Shown here in pieces: positions 35,305 through 46,020 of a DNA stretch of 64,000 nt (position 1 is the stretch's first letter; each line of letters begins with the position of its first letter). The notes below the pieces were generated by a model that was given only the letters and a program-made list of their open reading frames with translations, searched no databases and had not been told where the DNA came from. The translations under genes were made by a program, and so were the position numbers. The DNA comes from a virus (taxonomy: Duplodnaviria; Heunggongvirae; Uroviricota; Caudoviricetes): the IMG/VR virus record IMGVR_UViG_3300038548_000082, positions 30,889 through 94,888 of that record. One strand, 5' to 3'.

Positions 35305-35882
35305 GTCTTGATTATGATGGTATTTTAGATAAGTTTATTCTGGTTGCACAAGAAGCTTTACCTACTGAACTTTCTTTAATAGGTATTAATTCTGATCTCC
35401 CTGCGGTTATTAGGGCAAGACAAACAGGCCCTAAACCTGATTACCCTTATGTAACGATAGATGTGTTAGACACAATAGATGAGTCTGGTTGGTTAACCAA
35501 TACGCATATCGACACTAACGATGACACTGTTGTCGAAACAAATAAACAACTCTTAATTAATTATAGAGTTTATGGTGGTAATGCCATCAACATAGCTAAT
35601 AGTCTTTACGGATTCTTTCGATTGAATAGAGTCCTTGGAGATGTTAGAAGCACATTGGGGGGTTCTGTAGTATCTACTTCAGATATAGATCAGTTACCAA
35701 TTCTATTGGCAGATGAGTTTCTGGAGTCTGCTTCCTTTAACCTAATTTTTAATATTACGGATACCTTTACTGACACCTCTGGGTCTGACGCTTTTGATAA
35801 GGTCAATTTAGATGGTGAATTATTTGATAGTGCAGGCTCACCTGTATTACCTAATATAAGTATCACTGTACCCACACCTTAA
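35301..35882 (+). CDS. neck/tail completion protein
   Basis: ORF track; overlapping start. Confidence 0.45.
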   Translation: MSLDYDGILDKFILVAQEALPTELSLIGINSDLPAVIRARQTGPKPDYPYVTIDVLDTIDESGWLTNTHIDTNDDTVVETNKQLLINYRVYGGNAINIANSLYGFFRLNRVLGDVRSTLGGSVVSTSDIDQLPILLADEFLESASFNLIFNITDTFTDTSGSDAFDKVNLDGELFDSAGSPVLPNISITVPTP

Positions 35883-35902
35883 CGCATAAAAGGAGAATTA
35901 TC

Positions 35903-37249
35903 TTGGCCTTACAAGATATCGTAAACGTATCTATCTCCCTTCAAACTACAGCAGTTTCAAGGGCAGGATTTGGTACACCAATCTTTATCGGAGCACACCG
36001 TTGGTTCACAGAACGTGTACGCTCTTATACTTCAACTACAGCTGCTGCTGTTGACCTCCCCTCTGGTTCAGAAGAACTAGCGGCGATTAACTCGGCATTC
36101 TCACAGGATGTATCTCCATCCGTAGTTAAAGTTGGTCGTCGTGACGTAGACCTATTAACCTACACTCCAGACGCTGTATTAGCTGTTGGTGAAGTTTTTG
36201 AGATTACTGTAGTTGGTACTGATGATGTAGCTATTGCTGCTTCTTTCACAACTATCACAGGCTCAGAGACACCTACAGAGATTGTAACTGCACTTACCTC
36301 TGACCTATCAGCTATTGTCGGTGTTACTGTTGGTGGTACAGCTACTTTAACATTAGCTGAAGCTACTCCCGGTACGCCTTTTGCGGTTACTAAGATCACT
36401 AAGTTGACTCAAGTGGCAACAGTTACAGAAACTGCTGGTGACACGCTTACTGCGATTGAAGCTGTTGATATAGACTTCTACTTTATTGCAGCTAACGACC
36501 ATACAGAGGCTTTCGTCCTTGCTATGGCAGCAGCGGTAGAAACACGTAGTAAGATCTATTTTGTCTCTACGGACGAAGCAGGAGCACTAGCTACCCTCGC
36601 AATACCTGCTACAGACATCTTAGGTAAGCTGGCAGAAAATAACCAATTCCGTACTTCAGGTTGGTTCCATCAAAATGCAGATACAACATTCCCAGAAATG
36701 GCGTTTATCTCTCTTGCTGCTCCTTCTGATCCGGGAAGTAAAGTTTGGGCTAACAACAAGATTGCAGGTGTTCCATCCTCTCGTGATGCGCTAGGTATTC
36801 CACTTACTTTCACACAACAAAGTAACTTGGATGCTCGTAACGCTAACTGGATTGCCACAGTTGGTGGTGTTGATATCTCTAGACGAGGTAAAGTAGCTGG
36901 TGATGAATGGATCGACACTATCCGTAATCGTGACTTCCTTGAAGCACGTTTAACAGAAGGTTTGCAGAACTTACTGATCAACCAACCTGTTATCCCTTAC
37001 ACGGATAGTGGTATTAGTACAGTACGTAGCACAGTTACTTCTGTGTTGAATCGTTCTGTATCTACTTCAACAACACCATCTATCTTGCAAGAAAATAACC
37101 CGTACACAACTGACTTCCCAAGAGCAGCTGACGTACCTTTCGCGGATAAGCAGAACAGAGAATTAAATGCCTCGTTCGTTGGCTTCCTAGCCGGTGCTAT
37201 CCAAATCACTAACATCACAGGTGTTCTCACCTTTGATAACTTAGCTTAA
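35903..37249 (+). CDS. tail sheath protein
   Basis: 448 aa immediately upstream of ~170-aa tube gene; contractile-tail gene order. Confidence 0.6.
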   Translation: MALQDIVNVSISLQTTAVSRAGFGTPIFIGAHRWFTERVRSYTSTTAAAVDLPSGSEELAAINSAFSQDVSPSVVKVGRRDVDLLTYTPDAVLAVGEVFEITVVGTDDVAIAASFTTITGSETPTEIVTALTSDLSAIVGVTVGGTATLTLAEATPGTPFAVTKITKLTQVATVTETAGDTLTAIEAVDIDFYFIAANDHTEAFVLAMAAAVETRSKIYFVSTDEAGALATLAIPATDILGKLAENNQFRTSGWFHQNADTTFPEMAFISLAAPSDPGSKVWANNKIAGVPSSRDALGIPLTFTQQSNLDARNANWIATVGGVDISRRGKVAGDEWIDTIRNRDFLEARLTEGLQNLLINQPVIPYTDSGISTVRSTVTSVLNRSVSTSTTPSILQENNPYTTDFPRAADVPFADKQNRELNASFVGFLAGAIQITNITGVLTFDNLA

Positions 37250-37262
37250 GGGGTAAGTTTAA

Positions 37263-37763
37263 ATGGCACTTCCTGTATATTCAAGTCGTGATGTAAGCAT
37301 TGCATGGGCTGGGGTAGCCTTAGACGGTTTAGCCCCAGATACTTTTGTAACGTTCTCACGTAGCGTTGACCTAACTGATGAAGAAGTTGGTTCGGATGGT
37401 AAAGTTGCAATCTCACGTACTCCAGATAAAACTGGTAGTTGTACTTTGTCTTTCCAACAAAACTCAGAAGCTAACTTAATCCTGTCTGGTGTAATGGCAG
37501 CACAAGAGGGTAGCTCTACTTTCATCACAGGTAGTATTACGGTTGTAGATCCTTCTGGCAGTACGGTAGCTTTGCTAACCAACTGTCACATTAAGACTGC
37601 ACCTGAAACTACTCTAGGTATTACCGCAACAGGCCAATCAAAAGATTGGGTATTTTTCTGTGAAGGCATGAACTTCACTTCAGCTCCAGAGGGAGTTGCT
37701 TCAAGTTCAGAAGAAGCAGCACGAATCGCCAGCGGGATTAGTACTATCTTAGGTAATATTTAA
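37263..37763 (+). CDS. tail tube protein
   Basis: 166 aa, followed by terminator then chaperone pair. Confidence 0.6.
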   Translation: MALPVYSSRDVSIAWAGVALDGLAPDTFVTFSRSVDLTDEEVGSDGKVAISRTPDKTGSCTLSFQQNSEANLILSGVMAAQEGSSTFITGSITVVDPSGSTVALLTNCHIKTAPETTLGITATGQSKDWVFFCEGMNFTSAPEGVASSSEEAARIASGISTILGNI

Positions 37764-37777
37764 AAAGTAAAAACAAA

Positions 37778-37806
37778 GGGAGAAGTGTAACAGCTCTCCC
37801 TTTTTC
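37778..37806 (+). terminator. rho-independent terminator after tube gene
   Basis: GGGAGA-loop-TCTCCC + TTTTT. Confidence 0.65.
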
Positions 37807-37827
37807 TAATTTAGGAGGAAACTAAAT

Positions 37828-38304
37828 ATGAGCGATATCGCATCAATAGCAGCAAAAACTTTAGAACAAGCTGGGGTACACTCAGTTACAATTAAGGATA
37901 AGGCATACACAATTACCTTACTCCCTGCTACCCAATCCTTGGCAGTAGCTACTCAACTCTTTAAACTATTTCTTCCATCTCTGGGTGCGTATTTTGACTC
38001 AGCTGAAAGTGCAGATTTAGTCTTACCAGAAGACAGTAACCCCTTCACAGAGATCTGTTTACTTCTCGTGGGACAATTGGATAAGATCAGCGTCCTAGAA
38101 ATTGTTACGATCCTAACACAAGGGATTAAACGTAATGGTGTTGACATTGACGTAGATGAAGAATTCAAAGGGGATCTAGCTGGATTACTCACAATCCTAG
38201 AATATATTCTGAGAGAGAATTGTGGTAATTTTTTAGCAGATTGGCTGGCGGTAAAGGGTATCACTCTCCCCTCAATGGGAACTCTGATGCAGAGTCAGGC
38301 GTAA
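37828..38304 (+). CDS. tail assembly chaperone (G-like)
   Basis: Position before tape measure; slippery site near 3' end. Confidence 0.6.
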   Translation: MSDIASIAAKTLEQAGVHSVTIKDKAYTITLLPATQSLAVATQLFKLFLPSLGAYFDSAESADLVLPEDSNPFTEICLLLVGQLDKISVLEIVTILTQGIKRNGVDIDVDEEFKGDLAGLLTILEYILRENCGNFLADWLAVKGITLPSMGTLMQSQA

Positions 38305-38534
38305 ACCACAGATCAGTCATGAAATCGATAGAGAAAACTTCTTCTCTTGAAAATAATGACTGGTTCTTTCTTAATATTCTTGCTTCAAAAAGTTGTAGAG
38401 GGGAGACCCTCCACAGCTTGATGTATCAATACTCCCTCCCAGAAATTTTAAAGTTAAAAGAGTTTGTGGAGATTATGGAAGATGTTGAACGGGCTGCCTA
38501 CAAAGACCAAAAAGCAGAAAGTAAGACTAAATAA
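37828..38534 (+). CDS. tail assembly chaperone -1 frameshift product (GT-like)
   Basis: Slippery heptamer T_TTT_TTA at 38229-38235 in frame of 37828 ORF; -1 frame open to 38534. Confidence 0.55.
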
Positions 38535-38581
38535 GAACAGCTACAACAAATGTATAAATAACAACAGCAGGGGATAGATTA

Positions 38582-40516
38582 GTGACTACACAGGTAATAA
38601 ATGATTGGCTTGTAAAAGTTGGCTTCGATGACTCTGAGGTTACAAAAGGTTCTAAAAGAACTTTAGCTACAATGCAGAAAGTGGCTAAGGCTCAGAACTC
38701 AGCTTTAACCAAGCAAGAAAGGGCCGCAGCTAAAACAACTAACCACTTAAGAGCACAAAACGCTTTAGAATCTAAGCGACTACAGCTACTTAGATCCATA
38801 GACCGAGCTAAAGATTTAGGATTAAAAACTGGTGGATTCACTCAATCCCTAAGGGGTGGTAATCCTGTTAGGTTAGAGCAACGTAGGTTAGAGCTTGAAA
38901 AGCTAGTAACACAAGAGAAAAGAAAGCAGAAAGATTTAGCAGCCAGAGCTACACCACAAGGTTTGAAAGCTAGGCCAAGGCCAAAGGCTTTTGGTTTAGG
39001 TGAAACTGGTGAGCTACAAGCTACTAATAAGATAGACACAGTAGTGAGAGCAGCTGAACGGGGTTTAGGTAAAACCTCTGAAGAGTTTAAGAGAATTAAT
39101 GCAGAAGCTATTAAACTAAAAAAGACTTTCTCGACTATCACTTCTAAAACTGGTTTGATCAAACTTAACAATCAAATCCTACGTTTGAGAGAAAGAACAA
39201 CCGCTGCTACTTCTGCTGCCAGAAGACAGACAGGGGTTATGGAGTCTCAGAAGTCTGCTGCTAATAACTTACGAGCTAGTATTCTCCAGCTAGGTAAATC
39301 ATACGCTTCGATCTTTGCTATTATCGAAGGTGGTAGAGCTTTCTTCCGAGCTGGTACAGAGATTGAATCCCTCAAGGCGACTTTCCTTGCAGCTTCAGGG
39401 AGTATAGAAGAGGCAGGACAAAACTTCGAGTTTGTTAAAGGTGCTGCAAATGATATTGGGATAAGCTTAGTAGCCGCAGGTAAAGGTTATGCTAAGATAG
39501 CGGCCTCTGCCAAAGGGGCTGGACTTGGTATGGCAGAAACCAACGAAATCTTTCTGGCTGCCGCTGAATCTTCTCGTACCTTCGGTCTAAATGCTGAAAG
39601 AACTAACTTAGTCTTCTTAGCATTTTCTCAGATCTTATCTAAGGGTAAGGTATCTCAGGAAGAATTACGTAGACAGTTAGGTGAGCAGCTTCCCGGTGTA
39701 ATGACAACAGCCGCGAAAGCTATGAATGTCACCACAGGGGAATTAGAAAAAATGATTGCGGCAGGTATTCCTGCTGAAGACTTTCTTGGGAAATTCTCTA
39801 AGCAACTACGTTTGCAAGTAAGGGAGAACGGAGCACTTTCAGCTGCTCAAGGAAAGCTATTAGCTAACTTTGATAGATTTAAGAACTCACTAGTACTCTT
39901 CTCTTCAACCCTTTTTGAAATGGGTGGGATAGGTAAAAGTTCAGGTCGAGCACTTAACGCAGTTGGTAAATTAGTAAAGTCAATTACACCGTTCTTCACA
40001 GTACTCGCTAAAGGTATAAGTTTCCTTATAGACATAATCACAGGTGTGATTGATGGTGTCTCTCTTGCAATAGATATCTTTACCATGTTCACAGGCATCT
40101 TAATAGATGGTGATAGTAGTATTAAAGACTACACCAGTTCGTTAAGGATTCTTATAGGAATGTTTAAAATCCTTGGTGGGGTATTGTTGCTACCTTTTGC
40201 ATTAATGACTGATATGGCTAGTATCTTTGATAGATTCAAAGATACTATTGACACTTCATCTTTTGCTAAGTTCGCATCTACTCTCGTAGGTGTTGGTCTT
40301 GAAGTACGTAGGTCAGTGCTTTTATCTGCTGGAGATATTGGTGGGGCTGAGTTTACTAATCCCTTCCTAGGTGATAAGAAGGGTTCAGAAGGTAAGACGA
40401 TAAACTCTAACAATACCTTTAGTCCACAAATTACTGTACAAGGAACTGGTGACCCAGAAGCTATTACAGGTGCCTTAGATGACTGGTGGAATGATAAAAT
40501 GAGGTTAGCAAACTAA
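38582..40516 (+). CDS. tail tape measure protein (GTG start)
   Basis: 644 aa, coiled-coil/Ala-rich, follows chaperone pair. Confidence 0.75.
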   Translation: MTTQVINDWLVKVGFDDSEVTKGSKRTLATMQKVAKAQNSALTKQERAAAKTTNHLRAQNALESKRLQLLRSIDRAKDLGLKTGGFTQSLRGGNPVRLEQRRLELEKLVTQEKRKQKDLAARATPQGLKARPRPKAFGLGETGELQATNKIDTVVRAAERGLGKTSEEFKRINAEAIKLKKTFSTITSKTGLIKLNNQILRLRERTTAATSAARRQTGVMESQKSAANNLRASILQLGKSYASIFAIIEGGRAFFRAGTEIESLKATFLAASGSIEEAGQNFEFVKGAANDIGISLVAAGKGYAKIAASAKGAGLGMAETNEIFLAAAESSRTFGLNAERTNLVFLAFSQILSKGKVSQEELRRQLGEQLPGVMTTAAKAMNVTTGELEKMIAAGIPAEDFLGKFSKQLRLQVRENGALSAAQGKLLANFDRFKNSLVLFSSTLFEMGGIGKSSGRALNAVGKLVKSITPFFTVLAKGISFLIDIITGVIDGVSLAIDIFTMFTGILIDGDSSIKDYTSSLRILIGMFKILGGVLLLPFALMTDMASIFDRFKDTIDTSSFAKFASTLVGVGLEVRRSVLLSAGDIGGAEFTNPFLGDKKGSEGKTINSNNTFSPQITVQGTGDPEAITGALDDWWNDKMRLAN

Positions 40517-41091
40517 TGTCAATCTATTACATTATAGACGAAGACGGTGTTATCTATGCTTTAGACGCTACCACTCAAGTCGCTTATACAGAGACTGGGG
40601 TAGCTACTGATAACGTTATTGAGTCAGGGGATTCAGCCTCTGACCATTTCGTCAACAAGCCTTTGACTATTAGTTTTCAAGGTGTTATCTCTGATACGAA
40701 ATCTGTATCTTCTTCGGAGATAAATTCAAAGACACCAGAAGACTATATCAACGGACTTCGAAGTCTAAAACAAAGTAAGCGTTTTGTTTCATTCTTTTAT
40801 GGGGAGAAGCTAGGAAGAATAAGTAATTGTCTTATAACACAGTTACTTATTACCCAGAACCGCAGGAACGGGTCTTTTAATGGGATAGATAGTTTTTCTA
40901 TCAAATGCTCATTAAAGCAAGTACGTATAGCTCAAAGAGCATTAGTTACTCCTTTCAGAGACCCTACAAAAGCAGATGACTTCCAAGACCAAGTAGACGG
41001 AAAAGCAGGTACAGAAGAAAAAGAACCAGCAACCGCTGTTGGTAGAGCACTAGCCTTAATAGAGTCTGGTGTTGAAGATGTTACTAACTAA
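40516..41091 (+). CDS. tail protein (DNA circulation/tail X-like position)
   Basis: Position. Confidence 0.4.
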   Translation: MSIYYIIDEDGVIYALDATTQVAYTETGVATDNVIESGDSASDHFVNKPLTISFQGVISDTKSVSSSEINSKTPEDYINGLRSLKQSKRFVSFFYGEKLGRISNCLITQLLITQNRRNGSFNGIDSFSIKCSLKQVRIAQRALVTPFRDPTKADDFQDQVDGKAGTEEKEPATAVGRALALIESGVEDVTN

Positions 41092-41108
41092 CCCTGAGGA
41101 ACCGTAAG

Positions 41109-41435
41109 ATGCCGTTAAGTTTACCTGTACCTGATGCAGCTTGGTCTAGCCAAGGTATTACCTTAGGTGGGAAAGACTACACGTTTACCTTCTCCTACAA
41201 TACTAAAGATAGTCGGTGGAGGTTTGACATATCCTTAGGTGGAGTAGTAGTCATTGCTGGTGTTAAAGTAATGGAGAACCAATCCCTACTCAGTAGGTAC
41301 ATCCTAGAAGACTTTGATCACGGTGATATACTTTGTATGAGATTTAAGGATGATGACCTTCCTGTGGGAAGAGATAACTTGGGGTTAGGCAAACCCTACG
41401 AGCTAATTTATTTCACTAATGAAGAATTGAGTTAA
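41109..41435 (+). CDS. tail protein
   Basis: ORF track. Confidence 0.4.
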   Translation: MPLSLPVPDAAWSSQGITLGGKDYTFTFSYNTKDSRWRFDISLGGVVVIAGVKVMENQSLLSRYILEDFDHGDILCMRFKDDDLPVGRDNLGLGKPYELIYFTNEELS

Positions 41436-41444
41436 GAGGTTTTA

Positions 41445-42428
41445 ATGGAGGACGTATTTAATCGTAGATACTCTTTAACCATAGGGAGGTCTGCACAACT
41501 GATCCAAAGAACTATCCCTGCCTCCATCATTAAACCGGGTGGAGTAGAGAGTACACCTTCGCCAGCAGGAGCAGGGTTTACTCTTGCAGATGGTAGCTAT
41601 AAAGACTTTCTCGTGAAGCCGGGGGGTGCTATAACACTCTCAGAATTACGTGTGACAGCAAGTGTAGAGTATACCAAAGAAGGTAAAACAAACAAACAAA
41701 CAACAGTCATAACTATCTTTAATCTATCCCAAACTAATCAGCAATTTATTAGGTCTGAGGATACTGTTCTCTTCAGAGCAGGTTATGATAAGGATGGGGA
41801 AACCCCTCCGTTAGTTTTTGTAGGTCAGATTAAGAGTGTGACTACAGAGAAGAAAGGACAAGACACTATTACGAAACTTCTGTGTACCGATGCCGAAATT
41901 CCTAGGAAGAATGTTAGGATTAGTAGGCCACCTACCAGAGATGAGACTAGCGAGACAATAGCACAATGGTTTGCAGATATAGCAGCTAAAAATGGGATAC
42001 CAACGGGCAACGTATTTGTTCCAATAGCTATTCCTTATCCTTCTGGACTACCTTTAGCTGGACCGTTATTTCCTCTTATGGAAGACTTCTGTGATAGAAA
42101 CAACCTTAAAGCTTATGTCACTTTAGGAAGACTTTACATAGAACCAATAGATAGCATCCCAGTTAGTGAAAAGGTTGATATAGAAGCTATAAACATAAAG
42201 GGTTCTATAAGAAAAGAAGATGACTCCACAAGTAAGAGTTCATTAGATAGCGATAAACGTTCCGGTATTATCTTTAACGTTTTCCTTAATGGGAACATCA
42301 CTTTGGCTACTGTAGTTAACATTAAGTTTGGAGACTATAGAGGTGAGTATGATATTTCCTCCCTAAAAGTTAAGTTGGATCTTGAAGGGAAGGATTGGGA
42401 CACGATAGTTAGTTGTAAGAGGAGGTAA
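41445..42428 (+). CDS. baseplate hub / tail protein D-like
   Basis: 327 aa preceding spike gene, Mu gp44/P2 gpD position. Confidence 0.5.
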   Translation: MEDVFNRRYSLTIGRSAQLIQRTIPASIIKPGGVESTPSPAGAGFTLADGSYKDFLVKPGGAITLSELRVTASVEYTKEGKTNKQTTVITIFNLSQTNQQFIRSEDTVLFRAGYDKDGETPPLVFVGQIKSVTTEKKGQDTITKLLCTDAEIPRKNVRISRPPTRDETSETIAQWFADIAAKNGIPTGNVFVPIAIPYPSGLPLAGPLFPLMEDFCDRNNLKAYVTLGRLYIEPIDSIPVSEKVDIEAINIKGSIRKEDDSTSKSSLDSDKRSGIIFNVFLNGNITLATVVNIKFGDYRGEYDISSLKVKLDLEGKDWDTIVSCKRR

Positions 42429-42430
42429 CA

Positions 42431-43102
42431 ATGGCATCAGTAGAATTGTCAGATATAGTGCTAAGATTGATGGAGCAGTTTGTAAAAGAACGTATGTACA
42501 CATCCACTCTTGCTACAGTTTTGAATACAGATAACTTTGGAGAAGATCAAACAATAGATGTTCAACCAGATATCAATAATGTGTTTGATGATGGAGTTAT
42601 TTTAGAGCTTCCCCCTATCCTTGATGTACCCGTACAGTTTCCTTCTGCTGGTGGTGGTATAATGTCTTTTCCAATTAAAAAGGGAGACACGGTACTGTTA
42701 GTATTCTCCATGCATAGTCTTGATGAATGGATGGAAGGAAAAGCAGCTGACACTGGTTCAATTACACCAGCGGATAGACGGATGTATAACCTTAATGACG
42801 CTATTGCGATTCCGGGGGTGTATACTAAACACACTAATCTCAGTCCTAACATTACCGACACTGAGTTAAAGTTTAATGAGTTATCTATAAAGCTTGAAGA
42901 AGCTGGTGATGTAAGTGTATCAAACCCTACCCACTCCCTTAAGTTAAAAGCTAACGGTGATGTACTGCATTCCAGTGGAGCTAAGATAACAGCGGCAGGG
43001 GATTTTATTACAGCGTCTGGTATCTCTTTAGATAACCATGTACATGTTGGTTCTGCAACTGCACCAGATGGCCCAGTATCAAACACAGGAGCGGCTCAAT
43101 AA
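42431..43102 (+). CDS. baseplate spike (gpV-like)
   Basis: C-terminal ...DNHVHVGSATAPDGPVS motif typical of gpV spike apex. Confidence 0.65.
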   Translation: MASVELSDIVLRLMEQFVKERMYTSTLATVLNTDNFGEDQTIDVQPDINNVFDDGVILELPPILDVPVQFPSAGGGIMSFPIKKGDTVLLVFSMHSLDEWMEGKAADTGSITPADRRMYNLNDAIAIPGVYTKHTNLSPNITDTELKFNELSIKLEEAGDVSVSNPTHSLKLKANGDVLHSSGAKITAAGDFITASGISLDNHVHVGSATAPDGPVSNTGAAQ

Positions 43103-43494
43103 TGGCAGTTGATATATTTTTAAACCCAGCTACGGATGATATAGATATCTCCAGCAATAAAACTATGAGGCTAACTAGTAATATTGAGGAGAGTTCAAGG
43201 CAGCAAGTTTTAATTAACCTAGCTACTTTCAAAGGTGAGTGGTTCGCTAATATCTTGTCTGGACTCCCCTACCTTAAAAACGATAATAACCCAGAACAAT
43301 TGATGGGGCAGACTGAAACGTTAAACTTCGATATAGCGATTAAGGAAGGTATTTTAAGTAGGGAAAACATTACCTCCTTAGCTTCATACACTTCTGAGTT
43401 CGATAGGCAGGAACGAGTTTTCACAGTTAGCTTCACAGCCATAACAAATACAGGAGAAGTCATTACAGTTGATGATCTCTCAGTAGTAATATAG
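43102..43494 (+). CDS. baseplate wedge protein gpW/gp25-like
   Basis: 130 aa, position after V. Confidence 0.6.
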   Translation: MAVDIFLNPATDDIDISSNKTMRLTSNIEESSRQQVLINLATFKGEWFANILSGLPYLKNDNNPEQLMGQTETLNFDIAIKEGILSRENITSLASYTSEFDRQERVFTVSFTAITNTGEVITVDDLSVVI

Positions 43495-43505
43495 GAGGAA
43501 TACCC

Positions 43506-44960
43506 TTGGCAGGTTTAGATGAGAATGGTCTTACGATATTAAGACTCCCAGAAGTAATCGAAGAAGTAGAAACGTCTGAGCAAACAAATATAGATCCAAA
43601 CATCAACACACAAGATGATGAGTTACTGGGACAACTTAACACTATCTTTTCAGCAGCTATTGCAGAACAGTGGGCGATAGGACAAGCAGTTAACGATAAC
43701 TTTAACCCACTTAAAGCAGAGGGAAAGAACTTAGATGATGTAGCAGCTATTATTGGTATTACCAGAATAGGTGCAACTAAGTCCTCTACAGATAGCCAAG
43801 AGTTTACAGGGGATGAAGGTACATCTATTCCTGTTGAGACTATCCTTGAGAACCCAAATACTACTGATAGATTTGTAACTACAACAGCGTTAATCCTTTC
43901 CATTGCGAGTGCTATCGCCGCTAACTTAAATGTGCAATCAGTTTTAGATAACACAACCTACACAGTTTTTGTTAACGCTACTCAGTATGATTTCCTTAGT
44001 GATGGCACAGCTACTGAAGGTGAAATACTTGCGGGCCTTAAAGCTGCTATAGATGCTGATGGGGCTGCAACATGGACAGCAGATGTTGTTGGTTCTGATT
44101 TAATTATCACAACCTCTGACACAAGTAACATTGCAGTTTCTGGTCTTGTTAACATGGTTGCTAATAAGGCAACAGACAATACGGATGCTTCAGCAGTTGT
44201 TACTGGTTCTATCTCTGCTACTACAAACTCAGTTGTAACTTTAATCTCAACTATCGCAGGACTAGATTCTACTACCAACACCTCTGCATATGTGGTAGGT
44301 AGAGATACTGAAACTGATGAAGAGTTCAGAATACGTATCATAACTTCCCAACAAATCTCTGGTAGATCTACTGTACCTGCTATTGAAGATGCAGTCGCTA
44401 ATGTTATTGGGGTGTCTAGTACAAAAGTTTTTGAAAACAGAACTCTTATAACTGATGGCGATGGTCGTCCCGGTAAATCATTCGAGACAATTGTTTCTGG
44501 TGGTACAGATACCGATGTTTCACAAGAGATTTATGATTCTAAACCAGCAGGTATAGAAACCTTTGGTACTACTAATTCTGAAGAAGTTTTAGACTCACAA
44601 GGAGAGACAGCACTAGATAGTGATGGTGCTCCTGTGTTAATTAACTTCACAAGACCTTCCGCTATTAGTTTAGGGTTTAGAGTTAGATATACTAAGTATG
44701 ATGAAGAAACTTTCCCAGCTGATGGTGATACAGCGATTAACAATGTCGTAGTCGCGTTTACAAATGCCCTTGGGGTTGATGTAGATGTTATACCGAGCCG
44801 TTATTTCGGACCTATCTATGCAGCTGTTGAAGGTATTAATTCTTTAACTGTGGAAGTGGAGCTTATTTCTAGTCCCGGTTTCCAGACTACTAAATTACCA
44901 ATAGACTTCAGAGAGTTTGCATCAACTATTACAGCTAATGTTGATGTAGCGGAGGTGTAA
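43506..44960 (+). CDS. baseplate J-like protein
   Basis: 484 aa, position W-J-I. Confidence 0.65.
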   Translation: MAGLDENGLTILRLPEVIEEVETSEQTNIDPNINTQDDELLGQLNTIFSAAIAEQWAIGQAVNDNFNPLKAEGKNLDDVAAIIGITRIGATKSSTDSQEFTGDEGTSIPVETILENPNTTDRFVTTTALILSIASAIAANLNVQSVLDNTTYTVFVNATQYDFLSDGTATEGEILAGLKAAIDADGAATWTADVVGSDLIITTSDTSNIAVSGLVNMVANKATDNTDASAVVTGSISATTNSVVTLISTIAGLDSTTNTSAYVVGRDTETDEEFRIRIITSQQISGRSTVPAIEDAVANVIGVSSTKVFENRTLITDGDGRPGKSFETIVSGGTDTDVSQEIYDSKPAGIETFGTTNSEEVLDSQGETALDSDGAPVLINFTRPSAISLGFRVRYTKYDEETFPADGDTAINNVVVAFTNALGVDVDVIPSRYFGPIYAAVEGINSLTVEVELISSPGFQTTKLPIDFREFASTITANVDVAEV

Positions 44961-44961
44961 T

Positions 44962-45528
44962 GTGACAGAAATAGTTTTTGTAGATCAAGTTACGCAAGGG
45001 CTTGAAAGGCTTATCACTCAGTGGAAGGATAAGCCTAATGTAGTGGGGCTTCTTACCTCTTATCTTGAGAATGTTCAGGAGGTCCAAGACACATACCAAC
45101 AGCTTAATGATGAACGTGGCTTAGAGACAGCAATAGGAGCACAACTTGATGTTCTAGGGATTATCATTGGTGAGTCAAGAGTTGGACGAAATGACACTGA
45201 CTACCGAGTAGCTCTTAAAACTAGAATTGCTATTAATACTTCTGATGGTACAGAACCTAAAATTACTGAAGCATTAAAAATCCTTACTGGGGTTTCTAAC
45301 TTCTCAGTTAGAGATAGCTACCCCGCAGCAATTCGTGTAGTTTTTGGGGTAGGTTTAGAAGAGTCTGAACTACAAGCAATTTTTGATGCTCTAGATCAGA
45401 TTGTATCTGCAACGATACTCCCTGCATTAGATGCAGAGTTTGAATTAGTTTTTGATGATGGTAATACCTTAGGGGTCTCTCAAAGCCCTGACGATAACTT
45501 CAGTGTTATCACATCTATAACCTCTTAA
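44962..45528 (+). CDS. baseplate/tail protein I-like
   Basis: 188 aa after J. Confidence 0.5.
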   Translation: MTEIVFVDQVTQGLERLITQWKDKPNVVGLLTSYLENVQEVQDTYQQLNDERGLETAIGAQLDVLGIIIGESRVGRNDTDYRVALKTRIAINTSDGTEPKITEALKILTGVSNFSVRDSYPAAIRVVFGVGLEESELQAIFDALDQIVSATILPALDAEFELVFDDGNTLGVSQSPDDNFSVITSITS

Positions 45529-45544
45529 GAAGAACAGGACATTT

Positions 45545-46006
45545 ATGGCAAATGTAAGATTAAGTACAAGACCAGATGCCCCTACAGGTATTGATCCATC
45601 CTCTATTGTTTGGGTGGAACGAGATACTGGGGGTAGTGTTTTTGTAACAGAAAAAACCACGGTAGGTGCTTTGGTAACCCCTGAGTTTATTTCCAGAGCA
45701 GATGCTTATACTGCTATTGCTGGGGATCATATTCTTCCAGACAACTCAGCTGGTGTGTTGACTATTAATTTACTAGCAACACCTAGTACAGGAGATACTG
45801 TAATTTTCAGGCCAACCAAGGATCAGTTATATTCTGTCTTTGCATTGACCGTAGGGAGAAACGGATCAACTATTATGGGTCTTGCAGAAGATACTGTAGC
45901 TGGTTTTGATGGGGCAACTACAGAAGATAACATAGAATTTGAATTTAAATATAACGGAACAACTTGGGTTATTTCCCAAACAGCCGTTATTGGAACAACA
46001 CTCTAA
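45545..46006 (+). CDS. tail fiber-associated protein
   Basis: ORF track. Confidence 0.4.
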   Translation: MANVRLSTRPDAPTGIDPSSIVWVERDTGGSVFVTEKTTVGALVTPEFISRADAYTAIAGDHILPDNSAGVLTINLLATPSTGDTVIFRPTKDQLYSVFALTVGRNGSTIMGLAEDTVAGFDGATTEDNIEFEFKYNGTTWVISQTAVIGTTL

Positions 46007-46020
46007 GAGGAGGAAAACTT

